The notes under the pieces were generated by a model. That model saw nothing but the letters and a program-made list of their open reading frames with translations. It did no database searches and was not told the DNA's origin. Below, piece by piece: positions 48,885 to 62,524 of a stretch of DNA of 64,000 nucleotides (position 1 is its first letter; every line of letters begins with the position of its first letter). Both the position numbers and the translations under genes were made by a program. The DNA lies in the NCBI GenBank assembly GCA_043228905.1, contig JBHGNT010000022.1, positions 5,518,001-5,582,000 of the forward strand, given 5' to 3'. The DNA is from Azolla caroliniana (lineage: Eukaryota; Plantae; Polypodiophyta).

Positions 48885-51021
48885 TCTTTTCATACCAAGA
48901 TAGTAAAATAGTATCTTTACTATTATTGTTTTATATTGTTTGTGAATAACCACACTCGATTTTGTATATTCCTCACAAATTTCACACGATTGCCGAAAAT
49001 CTTCGCAACATCATTTGGTGAACCTAACGTGAAGAGTGGTAGGGGAGGATGAAGATGGAATTTTCACACGATTGCCGAAAATCTTTGCGACATCATTTGG
49101 TGAACCTAACGTGAAGAGTGGTAGGGGAGGATGAAGATGGATGAGGAAAATCTCATGAAGGCAATGCCAAAGATGATTATGGAATTTTGGAGAGAAGGGA
49201 AAAGACGAGATGTGGGCCAACAAGCCATCGAAAGCATTGTCGAGCGAGTCAGATGTTTCAACGGGGGTGAAGTGCAAAATTTTCTAAAGTTGTACAATGC
49301 CGAGATGAATTCTAGAGGTGTGAATGAAGCAATGATGCTGGAGTACTTTTGTTGAGTGGTGGCCGAAACAATCTACAAAGACATGAAAGAGCTTCAAAAC
49401 CTTCACGATTCGTGGGTGTCCTTCAAAGAAGCTTTACGAGGGGTAAATACGAGTTTGACCAATGGGTGTAATCGACGAAGACCCACCAGAGTGCTATGCC
49501 TGCATTGGTTAAGTTTGTGTCACTTCGCTAAAATCTTAGAGTGGGATCAAGGATTGGTGGGGGCGAGTAAAGTCCTTATGTTCGTAAAGTCTGTTGTTGA
49601 AAGGAAAGGAAGGCATTTGGAATCCAACTTGAAGATGACGATGGATCAAATGGCCTCATCGACAATTGGGCCGAAGATGAAAGATTATGTTGGTGACATG
49701 ACAAGAGGAAGATGGGAATCTTGTCGACATCATCACGACCCATGAGGGAAGATCAAAGAGGAACGGCATGCGACAACGCGCCACCACTAAAGGAAGAGAG
49801 CTCGAAGTGGGGAGATAGGCCTTTGTAAAGGAGGCATATGAGATTGAAAAGGTGCAAGTCAAGGCCAAAGAGAAGCCTAGAATGGAGTTAAAACCGAGGC
49901 AATTGGTGATTAAGGAAGAAGAAACCTCCCAACAAAGGTGGAGTAAGGATACGGCCAATACAAAGGCCTAGGTTTGGTATGACAGTACCACGAGAGAAGG
50001 TGTGGAACAAGCCACCTTCTCGACTTAAGGAAGAACGACGGTCAAGAAAAGGACTGAGACTCGTGAGCAGGAAATGCCACTTTAAGAGTGGACGAGCATT
50101 TCGGAACATATTTTCTAAAAGTCTACAATGCCGAGATGGATTCGAGAGGTGTGAACGAAGTTATGAGGCTGGAGTGCTTTTGTCAGGTGGTGGCTGAACC
50201 GATCTACAAAGAGGTGAAAGATCTTCAAGAAGCTCATGACTCATGGGTGTCCTTCAAGGTAGGTCTATTGGAGGCATACAGATACAAGAAACCAAAGGAA
50301 CGAGGTTTGCGCGAGCTCGACCAATGGCTATCATCAATAAAGACCCATCAAAGTGCCATGTACACATTCCTAGAAATTGAGCATCATTTTGCTCAACTCT
50401 CGGAGCGGGAACAAAGATTGGTGGGAGTGGATAAGGTCTTATTGTTCGTGAAGTCGATCGATCAAAGGAAAAGGACGATCAGCGGACTCAAACTCGAAGA
50501 AGATGACGGTGCAAATGGCCTTACCGAGGATTGGACCAAAGCGGAAAGAGTATGTCGACTACACGATAAGACGAAGACGAGATTCTCATCGGCAACAACA
50601 CAAGCGAAGAGGGATAGTGAAAGGAGGATGGGATGTGACTACCATCTACCACCTAAAGAAGAGAGCTTCAAGAGGGAAGGTTCGTAAAGGAGGCATATGA
50701 GAGTTTAAAGGTACCAAAGATAATCTTATAATGGAACCAAAACCGATTCAATTGGTGATCAAGGAAGAAGAGACCTCCCAACAAAGGTGTAGTAAGGATA
50801 CGGCCAATACGAAGGCCCAGGTTCGGTACGACAGTACCACGGGAGAAGGTGTGGAACAACCACCTTCTTGACTTATGGAGGAACAACGGTCAGGAGAAAG
50901 ACTGGAGACTCGAGAGTGGGAAATGCCACTTTAAGAGTGGACGAGCATTTCGGAACATACGTTGTGTCCAAAATATCGAGTGATGAAGTTGCAAGCATGA
51001 ACAAAGCTTGCGTGATCAAGG
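48885..51021 (+). mobile_element. Trp-primed gypsy fragment: LTR end, duplicated PBS and tandemly repeated degenerate gag
   Basis: TGGTGAACCTAACGTGA at about 49016 and about 49098; gag similar to 36345-37246, present twice. Confidence 0.78.
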
Positions 51022-51890
51022 TGTTGAGAATCGCATGGAATATTGCTTGGCGACAACCGAGGCTTGAACACTTCACTTGGAATGAAACAGAGAAATGAGA
51101 AATGGAGAGTACACAAGGAAATACACATGATGTTTACTTGGAAATCCCTGAATGGGAAAAAACCACGGGAGCCCACAAACTCCAACTATCACTATATGAG
51201 AAAGGTACACTCTGAGCCTCGGAGGCAACGACCTAGAGGTCTGTATCTATGCCAACCGGCGTTTACAATAGAGTATTTCTCTGTATCACACACACACACT
51301 CTCTCTCTCTCTCTCTCTCTCTCTATCGCTCTCTATACAACAGTTACAACAATATGACAACAACCTTATAAAGTGATTGCCCTAAGTCATATTTATACTT
51401 ATATGAACTTAGGGCATTTTACAAATATAGCCTCAATAGGGTTACTCAAAACATATTTACAAATATGTCTTCTCCTCCGGTTCTCACCGGGTCCTCTTTA
51501 TTCATCACCGGATCGCATCCGAAGAGATTGATTTCCCAACAATCTCCCCCTTCACTCCGGCATGGGATGTCTTGTCAGCCCGATCCGCTTTCAGCGCCTG
51601 TCCAACTTGTCGGTCGTCAACACCTTGGTCAACATATCCGGCCCGTTCTCCTCCGTGTGGATCTTTGTTAGCATGAACTCTTGATCTTCTACTTTCTCCC
51701 TGATCCAGTGGTACCTCCGCTGGATATGTTTCGTTTGGGAATGGTAGGCCACGTTCATTGCAAGGTGGATGGCACTTTGACTGTCGCAGTAGAGCCGATA
51801 TTCCTCTTGTTGGATCCATAGCTCTCCGATGAAGTCCTTCATCCAGATTATCTCCTTGCCGGCTTCTACAACTGCCATGTACTCCGCCTC
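51022..51890 (-). mobile_element. Copia 3' fragment: LTR 51022-51541, PPT and RNase H
   Basis: EAEY..DMLTK motifs; cut by gypsy L. Confidence 0.85.
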
Positions 51891-52429
51891 TGTTACCCGG
51901 ACAAAGGGGCAGTCAGTCAAGTGGAGAAGTGTCGGAGCCAGAAATTTCTGAGTCGTAGTCGGATCAATAAAGAGGATCGATGAGGCAGCATTTTGCCAAA
52001 TATAATTAAAAACCGAAAATATAGTTAGTTACAGATTTTGTAATTCTTGCCGTTATGGCAGTATGTTTCTTGATGAGGAAGTCCTTTCGGTTGCCTATAA
52101 AAGGAATCGAAGGCATTGTAAAAACTATTGTTTATTCTAGTAAAATATAAGTTAGTTGTAGGAAATTTCAGTGTGCAATTATTTCTTCTAATCTATTTCC
52201 ATCTTAAGGTAACTATATTACATAAGTAACAATCTCGGTGTATGCATAACATCCATATTATTACAGTAACTTAATAGTCATTCGCCTAACCACAATTCAT
52301 TGATAGAACTTTGGGAAACAATGTTTGACTTATATTGTGTCGACAATATAGTTTATTGTTGGCCGGACAACACAATATAATTTTGGCACGCTCGGTTACA
52401 TCTGCAATTAGCAGAGAACAAGTCGAATG

Positions 52430-55400
52430 GATGTCATTTGGTCCGGATACACTAGTCGGTTGTAAACGTCCTCGTACACGTTCGGTTACAAAGAAAGTAG
52501 AAAAGGATTCTTCTATAGTAATACAACCAGAAACAAGTCAGAGGTGGTCTTCACTTCCTGATTTGTCTGCTAGTTAGTCAGACAAAAATCAGTCGGAAGA
52601 GGTATCATTTTACGATATCTAGAGTTTAAGACAATATGTCTTACCTGTATTCTAAATTTTGGGAGGGAGCTGATGCAGAAGCGCATGTTAGGGACTTCTT
52701 GACAACATGGGAAATAAACCATGGAGCTCAGAGGCTATCGATGGCAGCCGAGGACAAGTAAAAAATTGTTAAGTTTGTTTTGTCATTGGATGGTCAGTCC
52801 GCTAATTGGTTTGCATAGAATGGTTTCAGAGCGTTCGAAACTTTCGAACAGCTAACCAACAAATTTCGGCAATTATTTCATCATCAAATTCCTCAGAAGG
52901 ATTTGATAGCTCAATTTTATGCATTATATCAGGAGCCGCATGAAACGGTGTCATAGTTTGTCATCCGTTTTTAGAATTTACAACTCCGGATTTCCAGGTC
53001 AATTACGGATGACGAATTGAAGGATATATTTCTTGAAGCAATTCATGAACCATTACGAACAACATTAGTGGTGTTCGATTTCCGGAATCAGACAATCGAG
53101 CAAGTGGTTGATAAGGCAATTGCTATGGGTCGAAATCCAAAAAATGTGAGGGGTATGGATATGTCGGTGTTACATCATACCTTGCGAACTCTAGAGGAGT
53201 TGCAGTTTCGACAAGCAGTACAATGTACTAGTTTAAATACGGGGCATTTGTCAATAGAGTGCAGCTTACGAACACATTGCAGAATATGTCACTCTAAAGC
53301 CCATTCAGTGGAATAGTGTGAATATAATCTGTTTAACAAAACAACAGCACTGGTACGACAAAATTTTCTGGAAAATGCGTACCAAGATAATCATAATAGG
53401 TTCAACAATTGGTATCAAGAAGACAACCGACAATATGATTATAGGCAGAGTCAAGATTTTCAGCAAACATAGGGCAATAGTCGTCAACAACCAAAAGGAG
53501 GTCGTTATAAACAGAATCGACCTAATAGCAAAAAGTTCTACAAGCAAAAAGCATCACGACAATTTCAACATGATTCTCAGAGAGATAATCTAGATTCTAA
53601 TGAGAATGGAGGTCACCAATATGAACAAGGTGAAGGTAGCGGAACATTTATTCCTAACTGCTACATTTGCAGGAAGGATGGACAGTATGCAAATCAATGT
53701 CCGTCTAAATTAAAAGGAAAAGCACCCGCCGTTAATATGGTGATACCAGAAATTTAGCAAGTAACTACCAGGAGTAAAACTAAATAATCGGAATGGGAAA
53801 TTCAGGAAGCGATTAGGAAAGCAGCCAGGGAATGGGTGGAGGAAGCAAATAAAAATAATGTGTCCAGAATGTTGTAGGACAATGAGATAAACCAAATTAA
53901 CGATCTTCCCGGAACAACGGTAGTACAGGAACAAGATGAAGCTTGGAAAATCTTGACTGATTACCAAGTATCATTACCTTTGACAGGATTACTCAAATTG
54001 GTTCCACGATTTACGGAGAAAGTGGCAACTCTGATTACCCAAAACGGCACAGAACAAGTAGCTGTTAACTATAGTTAGCTTAGTAATAGTCCGACAATTA
54101 TGGATGAGCAGAATCCGTCCATTAAGGTCATAATTCATGGTAAAGAAATAGATGGTGCTATTGTCGATGGTGGCTCAGGAGTTAATGCAATTAATAACAT
54201 TACTTGTGATAAGCTCGACATTACCAAATGGGAAGCATGTCCATTTTGGTTGAGAATGGCCGATACCGGTACAGTACGGCCAATAGGATTATTGAGGTAA
54301 TTAGATGTCGTGTTAGGTGGTCACACTTTTCAAATATCGACAGTCGTGCTTCATCTGGAGGCTCCTGGAGCATATCCTTTGCTATTAGGATGGCCATGGT
54401 TAAAAACTACTAATGTTAAGCAAAATTGGAATCAGAATTTATTGACATTCCGAAAAGGAAAAACTAAAATCCGTGTGTCAACTTAAAATAAGATTACTAC
54501 AAGTAAGCAATGCTTGCCAATTCATGTAGAGGCCGTGAATATGATGGAAGGACTGGATGAAGTGGAGGAACATTAGTATTTCAATGATAACCCAAAAATT
54601 ATTCCCTTGTCCGAAGTAGATATATTACAAGCTCTGACATCGTACGTGGATCCACAGGAGAGTTTAACACTGGATGAGCAAACAATGAAAGAAATCCGAC
54701 TATAGCAAGAGGCTACCAAAAAGGAATTAAGGGTATCTCAACGAGTTCAGACTTCGGGATTAGAGGAGATAAATTTAGTAGAAGAAGATAACGTGCTTGA
54801 GCCAAAAACAGTTCTGATTGCCAAGGATATGTTGTTGGCTGATAAGCAACGGTTAGTCACTTTACTCAAACAATATAAGGATTTGTTTGCCTGGTCTTTT
54901 GAAGATATGAAAGGGTTAGATCCAACTTTCTGTCAACGCCAAATTAATCTGCATAAAGATGCGAAACCAGTTCAACAACGCAGATATCGTCTAAATCCTA
55001 ATTATGCAGTTAAAGTTAAAGAAGAAATAGATAAACTCTTGAAGGTAGGGTTTATTCGACTTGTTAAAAAAGCTACATGGCTGAGTCCAATTGTAGTTGT
55101 TCTGAAAAAGAATGGAAAAATTTGGGTATGTGTTGACTACCGGAAACTGAATGCAGCAACAGTAATGGATGCATTTCCATTACCATTTACAGATAGTATA
55201 TTGGATGTAGTAGCGGGTCACGAAATGTATAGTTTTCTTGATGGCTTTAGCGGGTATAATCAAGTAAGTATGCATCCGGAAGATCAAGAAAAGACAACTT
55301 TTGTCACGGAATGGGGCATTTTTGTGGCGGTGGTAATGATGTTCAGATTAAAAACAGCTCCAACCACATTCCAAAGGGTCATCCAGGAAATTTTTGCGGA

Positions 55401-57607
55401 GTACATTCTCGCAGTCATGCAAGTTTTCTTGGATGATTTTGCGGTTTATAGTCGGAAATCCGAACACTTTAAACATTTGCAACTATGCTTAGAACGATGT
55501 AAGAAAGGACGACTCAATTTGAATCCGGCAAAATGCACTTTCGGGGTTACAAGTGGAGCATTACTAGGTCACATTGTTGGTCAGGAAGGAATTGCAGTAG
55601 ACCCTGACAAGGTCAAAGCCATATTAGAGGCACCGGCACCAACAAACGCTAAGGGCCTTAGTTGGTTCTTAGGGCAAATTAGATGGCATAGTAGAATGAT
55701 TAGATATCTTGTTGATGTGGCCATTCCCTTACACACGGCGGTGCATAATACACCTTTCCAATGGACAAGTTTGGAGCAGGATGCGTACGATTGCCTCAAG
55801 AAAATGTTGTCTAAAGTTCTAGTGGTTCAACCACCTGATTGGAACAAACCATTCCATGTGTTCGTCGACGCATCGGATGTAGCAATCGGAAGTGCACTCA
55901 TGCAACTATCTGAACCAAGCTGGTATAGACCAGTTTACTACGCTAGTCGGAAACTTTCAATAGCAAAACGGAATTATTCGACGACCGAAGGGGAAGCTTT
56001 ACGAATGATTTACAGTATAAACAAATTTCGACTCTACCTTTTGGGCAAAAACTTTACATTCCATGTCGATCATTCTGCTTTACTCTATTTGGTTTCCAAA
56101 CAGGAATTAATGGGTAAGCTGGCACGATGGACACTATTACTGCAAGAATTTGAATTCGACATTCTACATTGACCAAGAGTACATCATGCAGTTGCTGATT
56201 ATCTTAGCTGACTAGAGTCAGGAGAAGAGGGCATAGGTGTGAAAGATGATTTTCTGGATGGGCAACTCTTTCGGGTGGACATAGTACATGTACACGAATT
56301 AAACGAAGACAGCGAGGATGCTTGGATTTCAGAAATGCCAATTTTTCTTACATCAAGGTTACCACCCAAGCACTTATCAGCAAACGAAAGAAAAAGATTA
56401 GCCGTCCGTAGTTGGAATTTTTGTTTGTTAAATGACACTTGGTATCATAAAGGAGCGGACAGAATTTGGAGAAGGGCAATACGACAATTTGACAAATCGA
56501 TAATTCTCCGAGAAACTCATTGTGGCATTGTAGGACATTATGCAGGTGAAACTACGACACGGAAAATATGGAGCAGTGGTTTATGGTGGCCTATTGTAAT
56601 GAAGGACGTAGTCGACTACTGTCGAAAATGTGATTAATGTCAGTGAATGGGGCAACCTACCGAAAAAGACAGAATGCCTTTGCAACTTGTCTTACCTTTG
56701 GAACCATTCCAGAAATGGGGATTGGATTTTGTCGGCCCATTTAAACCAGCCGCACTACGCACAAGCAATCATAGTCGCCACTAATTACTATACGAAATGG
56801 GCAGAGGCTAAACCCCTAAAAGACAATACGGCAGCCTCAACAGCCAAATTCTTATACAAAAATATATGGTGTCGGTTCGGATGTCCAATAGAATTGGTAA
56901 GCGATCAAGGTACACATTTTATTAATAAAATTGTACATGAGTTATCTACTTATTATGCAGTGGTGCATAAGAAAAGCACTCCGTACTACCTGCAAGCAAA
57001 TGGATTAGCGGAAACGACAAATAAAACACTACAGACAATACTTAAGAAGACAGTTAATGAAAATCGTACAGATTGGGATAAAAAACTCCATAGCGCCTTA
57101 TGGGCATATTTGACTTCATATAAAACATCTATCAAGTGCACGCCTTTTCGCATGGCTTTCGGCTTGGACACCGTAATGCCAATAGAATTCCAAGTTCCGA
57201 CACTCTGAATTCAAGCAACATAAAGGTTAGATGAGCTACAGTCGGAACAAATTCGGAAAGAAGGTTTGTTGATGTTAGAAGAAAGCCAGATACAAGCCAT
57301 GACGGATTTGGATCGGAAGCAACGACAAACGAAAGCATTTGTGGAGGGGCATCGTCGACAAACAGAAAGACAGTTCGAAATCGGAAAACCGGTATTAGTA
57401 TTTCAAACAAAAATGGGATCTATGCCTAGAAAGTTTCGGTTTCGATGGATAGGACCAATCTAGATCGTTCATAGCAAGAATGGGATGTATCACGTTGGCA
57501 CACTATCAGGCGAAATTTTACCGAAATGGGTAAATGGTTTTCGGCTCAAACCTTATCACGGGCCAATGCCGGAAAATCCATTTGCAATAGATTCCGTCGC
57601 AAAGTGA
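52430..57607 (+). pseudogene. Gypsy L gag-PR-RT-RH-IN
   Basis: IVDGGSG, CVDYRKLN, LDGFSGYNQ, FLDD, VDASD, SDQGTHF, NGLAE; many stops. Confidence 0.92.
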
Positions 57608-57766
57608 CGAAAAAAAAAAACTAACTATAGAGTATTCTTGGCAAAAACAACTAACTGTCTGAAGTGGAATCCTAGGGAAGTCTGAGTCAGATTATAAATA
57701 TAGTAAAGGTATTGCATGCACTATAAAAACCAAGTGGTGGAGCCATTATTGCTAAATAGATATTAT

Positions 57767-60700
57767 TGTTGGGAAATTGGTCTCTCCGGAAACCAGATTT
57801 GTAAATATGCAAGTTAGTGAGACTCCGGAGAGCGAACAACACAGAAAATGGAAGAGTCTTTCTGCGGCATGTTCAAGCTCACTGGTTCCAACCACTCAGT
57901 GTAGAAATCGAATATGAGGGATATGCTAGTGGTCAAAGATATTTAGTTGCCGGTTCAATTCGGGGACAAGAGATCGGACAAGTTCGATGCCACAGTGTGG
58001 GAGGTGATGCACATGAAGACGACGGCATACATCCGGTGCTTCATCGACATGAGCTTGTACACCAACTTCAATGAAGAGAGCAAGGCTCATGAACTCTGGG
58101 AGAAGATCGGCATCATGTTCCAGAACAAGAATGCCGTTAATCGGGTTTCGGTATTTCGGAAGCTAGTGAGGCTCCTGTACCAAGACGGCTCTAGTATGGT
58201 GGAGCACATGAATGCCTTCCAGGGGTTGATACACCAAGAAACCTCGTTGGAAGTACCTATCGACGATGAGGTACTTGCTCTACTCCTGCTCGGTTCCCTC
58301 CTAGATAGCTGGGAGACGTTAGTTGTCACGTTGGGCAACGCCAAGCCGGAAGGAAAACAACTATCCCTAGCAAGGGTCCAATAGAGCTTGCGAGATGAGG
58401 AGGCGCGTAAAGACAATGAGGTAATCTCCGACGCCAAAGCCCTTCTTACTGAATCAGAATGTGGAAGACAAAGGAATCGGAGTCCCCAGAACCGGGAAAA
58501 GTCGGGGACACGGTCAAAGTCAAGGGGGAGGCCCACTTGCTTCTATTGCGACAAGACGGGGCACTTCCAGAAGAACTTTAGGCATTTCCGGAAGGACAAG
58601 GGAACCGACAGTACCGATTCGAAGAAGTCACCAGACCGAAACGGTTCGGATTGGTGAGGCCCGGACCGAAAGGGAATGATGGCGATCGTGGCAAGTGAAG
58701 AAGAACTAATGCTTATCACCAAGGAGAGTGAGTTGAACCTTGCCATCGGCGAGACAACATGGGTTGTCAATTCCGGAGCATCGTTCCACCTTACTCCGGA
58801 CCAGAAATGCTTCTCATCCTACACAGCCGGTGAGCACGGCTATCTCCGGATGGGGAATGAAGGGACATGCCAAATTATCGTCATAGGAGATGTGTTGTTG
58901 ACGACATCAACCGGATGCAAGTTGTTGTTGAAGGATGTCCGACACATTCCGGAGGTTCGACTGAACCTGATATCAGCCGGTCGGCTAGATGATGAAGGCT
59001 ATATAGGTAGCATCCGGAACGGTGTCATGAAGTTCTGCAAAGGGAGCTTAATAGTGGCTCAAGCCCAGAAGGTCAACACATTGTACTTGATGAATGCCCG
59101 GATATGCTGGGTAGAAGTGAACGTAGCGTCCAACACTGGCGGTGAGCTGTGGCACAAAAGACTGTGCCACATGAGTGAGATGGGGATGAAGAGGCTTGCT
59201 GAAGACAACCTCATTCTGGTGAAGGACGCGCAACTTGAGAAGTGGACCGACTGCCTGGCTAGCAAGCAAAACCGCAACTCCTTTCGGTCAAGACCACCGA
59301 TGAGATGGAATGGACCACTCGAGTTGGTGCATACCGATGTGTGTCAAGTCGACACGAAGTCACATGCTGGATTGCAATACTTCATGACGTTCATAGATGA
59401 CCACAGCTGGAAGTTGTGGGTCTCACCATTGAAGATGAAGGATCAAGTGTTAACCATCTTCAAGGAGCTCCACGCGAGAGTGGAAAGAGAAACCGGCCGG
59501 ATGTTGAAGGCAGTTCGAGCAGATAATGGAGGAGAATACCGGGGGCAATTCGAGGAGTACTGCCGGTCGAAGGGAATCTGATTCGAGTTTACTGTGCCAA
59601 AGATGCCAGAACTAAATGGGCTAGCCAAAAGGATGAACCGGACCATAATGGAGAGAGTCTAGAGAATGCTCACACATGCCAAGTTATCCAAGACGTTTTG
59701 GGCTGAGGCGCTGACGACGATGACCTATGTGATAAACAGATCACCCTCAGTACCCTTGGACAGAGACTCACCGCAGAAAGTATGGACCGGTAAGGATGTG
59801 TCTTACCAGCATCTGAAGGTGTTCGAGTGTCTCGCATACGTGCATGGAGCGGAGGACAAGAGAGCAAAGCTGGATCCGGAGTCCCGGCCATGTATCTTCC
59901 TTGGATACGGCGATGATGAGTTCAATTACTAGGTGTGGGATCTGGTTGACCAAAAGGTGTTCCGGAGTCGGCACATAGTTTTCATTGAAGACGGGACCAT
60001 TGCCGACTGGGAGTCGGAGAAGAAGGCAACGGACTCCGGATCATTCATTGAAAACCGGCTTGAGGACAAAAGGATATACTTGGTTGAAAACCGGATGTTA
60101 GCCAGTAACTAGATGACACTCGACGAACCGGGCGGATTCGGACAAGAAACCAAACCTACCAAAGCAGAAGAAGAAGACACCGGAACCGGACAAAATCCTG
60201 AATCGGATTTGGATTCAGAACTGACGGAGAAACTGGCAGTCAGAAACCAAGGATGGAGATATCCTTTCCGAGAGAGAAGAGCCCCCAGAAGATTTCCGGA
60301 TGCAGAGCATGTGTTGCTAACCAATGAGGGGGACCCGGAAAACTATGAAGAAGCAAGCGCAGACACCCACAGCCGGAAGTGGTTGAGTGCCATGCAAGAT
60401 GAGATGGATTCCCTGCATGAGAACCACACATACGAATTGGTGCAGTTGCCAAAAGGAAAGAGGGCACTCCGGAACAAGTGGGTGTACAAGCTGAAACCGG
60501 GAGACGCCAGAAATCCACCAAAGTATAAGGCCCGAATCGTGGTGAAGGGCTTCAAGCAGAAGAGAGGAGTGGACTTCGATGAGATCTTTGCCCTGGTAGG
60601 GAAGATTGCATCCATCCAAACAGTATTCGGCCGAGCAGCAAGCATGGACCTCGAGGTAGAGCAACTAGACGTCAAGACGACATTCCTACACGGAGACCTC

Positions 60701-62479
60701 GAAGAAGAGATCTACATGCATAAACCAGAAGGATTTGAGAAGAAAGGGAAGGAGCACCTAGTGTGCCGGCTGAAGAAGAGCCGGTACGGACTGGAGCAAG
60801 CTCCCCGGCAATGGTACTAGAAGTTTAACTCCTTCATGACCAATCAAGGGTACCACAAGACGCAGGCCGATCACTGCGTGTTTGTGAAGAAATTTGATGG
60901 AGGATATTTCTTGATATTGCTCTTGTATGTGGACGACATGTTGATCGTCGGACGAGACCAAGTCAAGATACGGATGCTTAAGAAGGCCCTCAACCAGAGC
61001 TTCTCAATGAAAGACTTGGGTCTGGCAAGATAGATGTTGGGGATGCACATCATCCGGGATAGGTCGAAGAAGAAATTGTGGTTGTCACAGGAAAAGTATG
61101 TGACAAAGGTGCTTCAGCGGTTTAACATGTCAAAATCAAAACCGGCCGGATCGACACTCCCGACAAACTGCAGATTATCCAGTAAGCAAAGCCCGAAGAC
61201 AAAGGCAGAGAAGGTGGATATGATGAAGATTCCATATGCCTCTATAGTCGGGAGTTTGATGTACGCAATGGTGTGTACTCGACCAGATATTGGATACACA
61301 GTCGGAGGGGTGAGTCGACTCATGAACAACCCCGGAAAAGAGCACTGGAATGCGGTAAAATGGTTACTCCGGTACTTGAAGGCCACTTTGAGTATGGGCC
61401 TCCGATTCGGCTCCGGTAAACCCCTCATGGAAGGCTTTACCAATTCAGATATGTCGGTTGATGTGGACACTAGATGGTCAACTTCCAGGTATGTCATGAT
61501 CTATGCAGGGGGAGCCGTTTCGTGGCAATCGAGGTTGCAGAAGACGGTTGCACTATCAACCACGGAGGCGGAGGACATGGCAGTCCTGGAAGCCGGCAAG
61601 GAAATATTATGGATGAAGGACTCCATCGGAGAGCTAGGGATCCGGCAAGAGGAATATCGGCTCTACTGCGACAGTCAAAGTGCCATCCACCTTACAAAGA
61701 ACGCGGCAAACCATTCCACAATGAAGCACATCCAACATAGGTACCACTGGATCCGGGAGCGAGTTGAAGATCGAGAGTTCGTTCTGACGAAGATCCACAT
61801 GGAGGAGAATGGGTCAGATATGCTGACAAAGGTGCTGATACCCGACAAGTTGGACACATGCCGGAAGCGGATCGGACTTACAAGACATCCCATACCGGAG
61901 TGAAGGGGGAGATTGTTGGGAAATCGGTCTCTCCGGATGGGATCAGGTGATGAATAAAGCGGACCCGGTGAGAACCGGAAGAGAGCCAGTGAGAACTGGA
62001 AGAGATCCGAAACCAGATCGATGAACCCGGTGAGAACCATAAGAGAAGACAGATTTGTAAATATGTCTTGAATCAACCCATTGAGGCTATATTTGTAAAT
62101 AGCCCTAAGTTCATATAACTATAAATAGGACTTAGGGCAATCACTTTTGGGTGTGGTAGTAGATTGTGTTGTTGTCATATTGTTGTAACTGTTGTATAGA
62201 GTGAGATGGAGAGAGAGAGAGAGAGATGCAGAGCTATACTCTGTTGTAACCGCCATTGTGTGAAGAAAACATAGCTTGAGGTGATTGCCTCCAAATCTCT
62301 GATTGTACCCCTTCTCTTCATAGTGATAGTTCGGAGTCTGTGTGCTCCCGTGGTTTTTCCCTATTAGGGTTTTCCACGTAAACATCCTGTGTCATTTTTC
62401 TTGTGCACTCTTCTTCTTTCCCATTTCTATGATTCAAGACTCGGTTGGGGCTGAGCGACATTCCGCATATTTCTCATCA
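57767..62479 (+). mobile_element. Copia K: 5' LTR collapsed to about 44 bp; 3' LTR 61914-62479
   Basis: TSD ATTAT (57762-57766, 62480-62484); gag-pol 57848-61903 with stops; PPT. Confidence 0.92.
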
Positions 62480-62524
62480 ATTATTACTTACATTAATAGT
62501 AATTGGTTCTATCCCCTAGGCACC

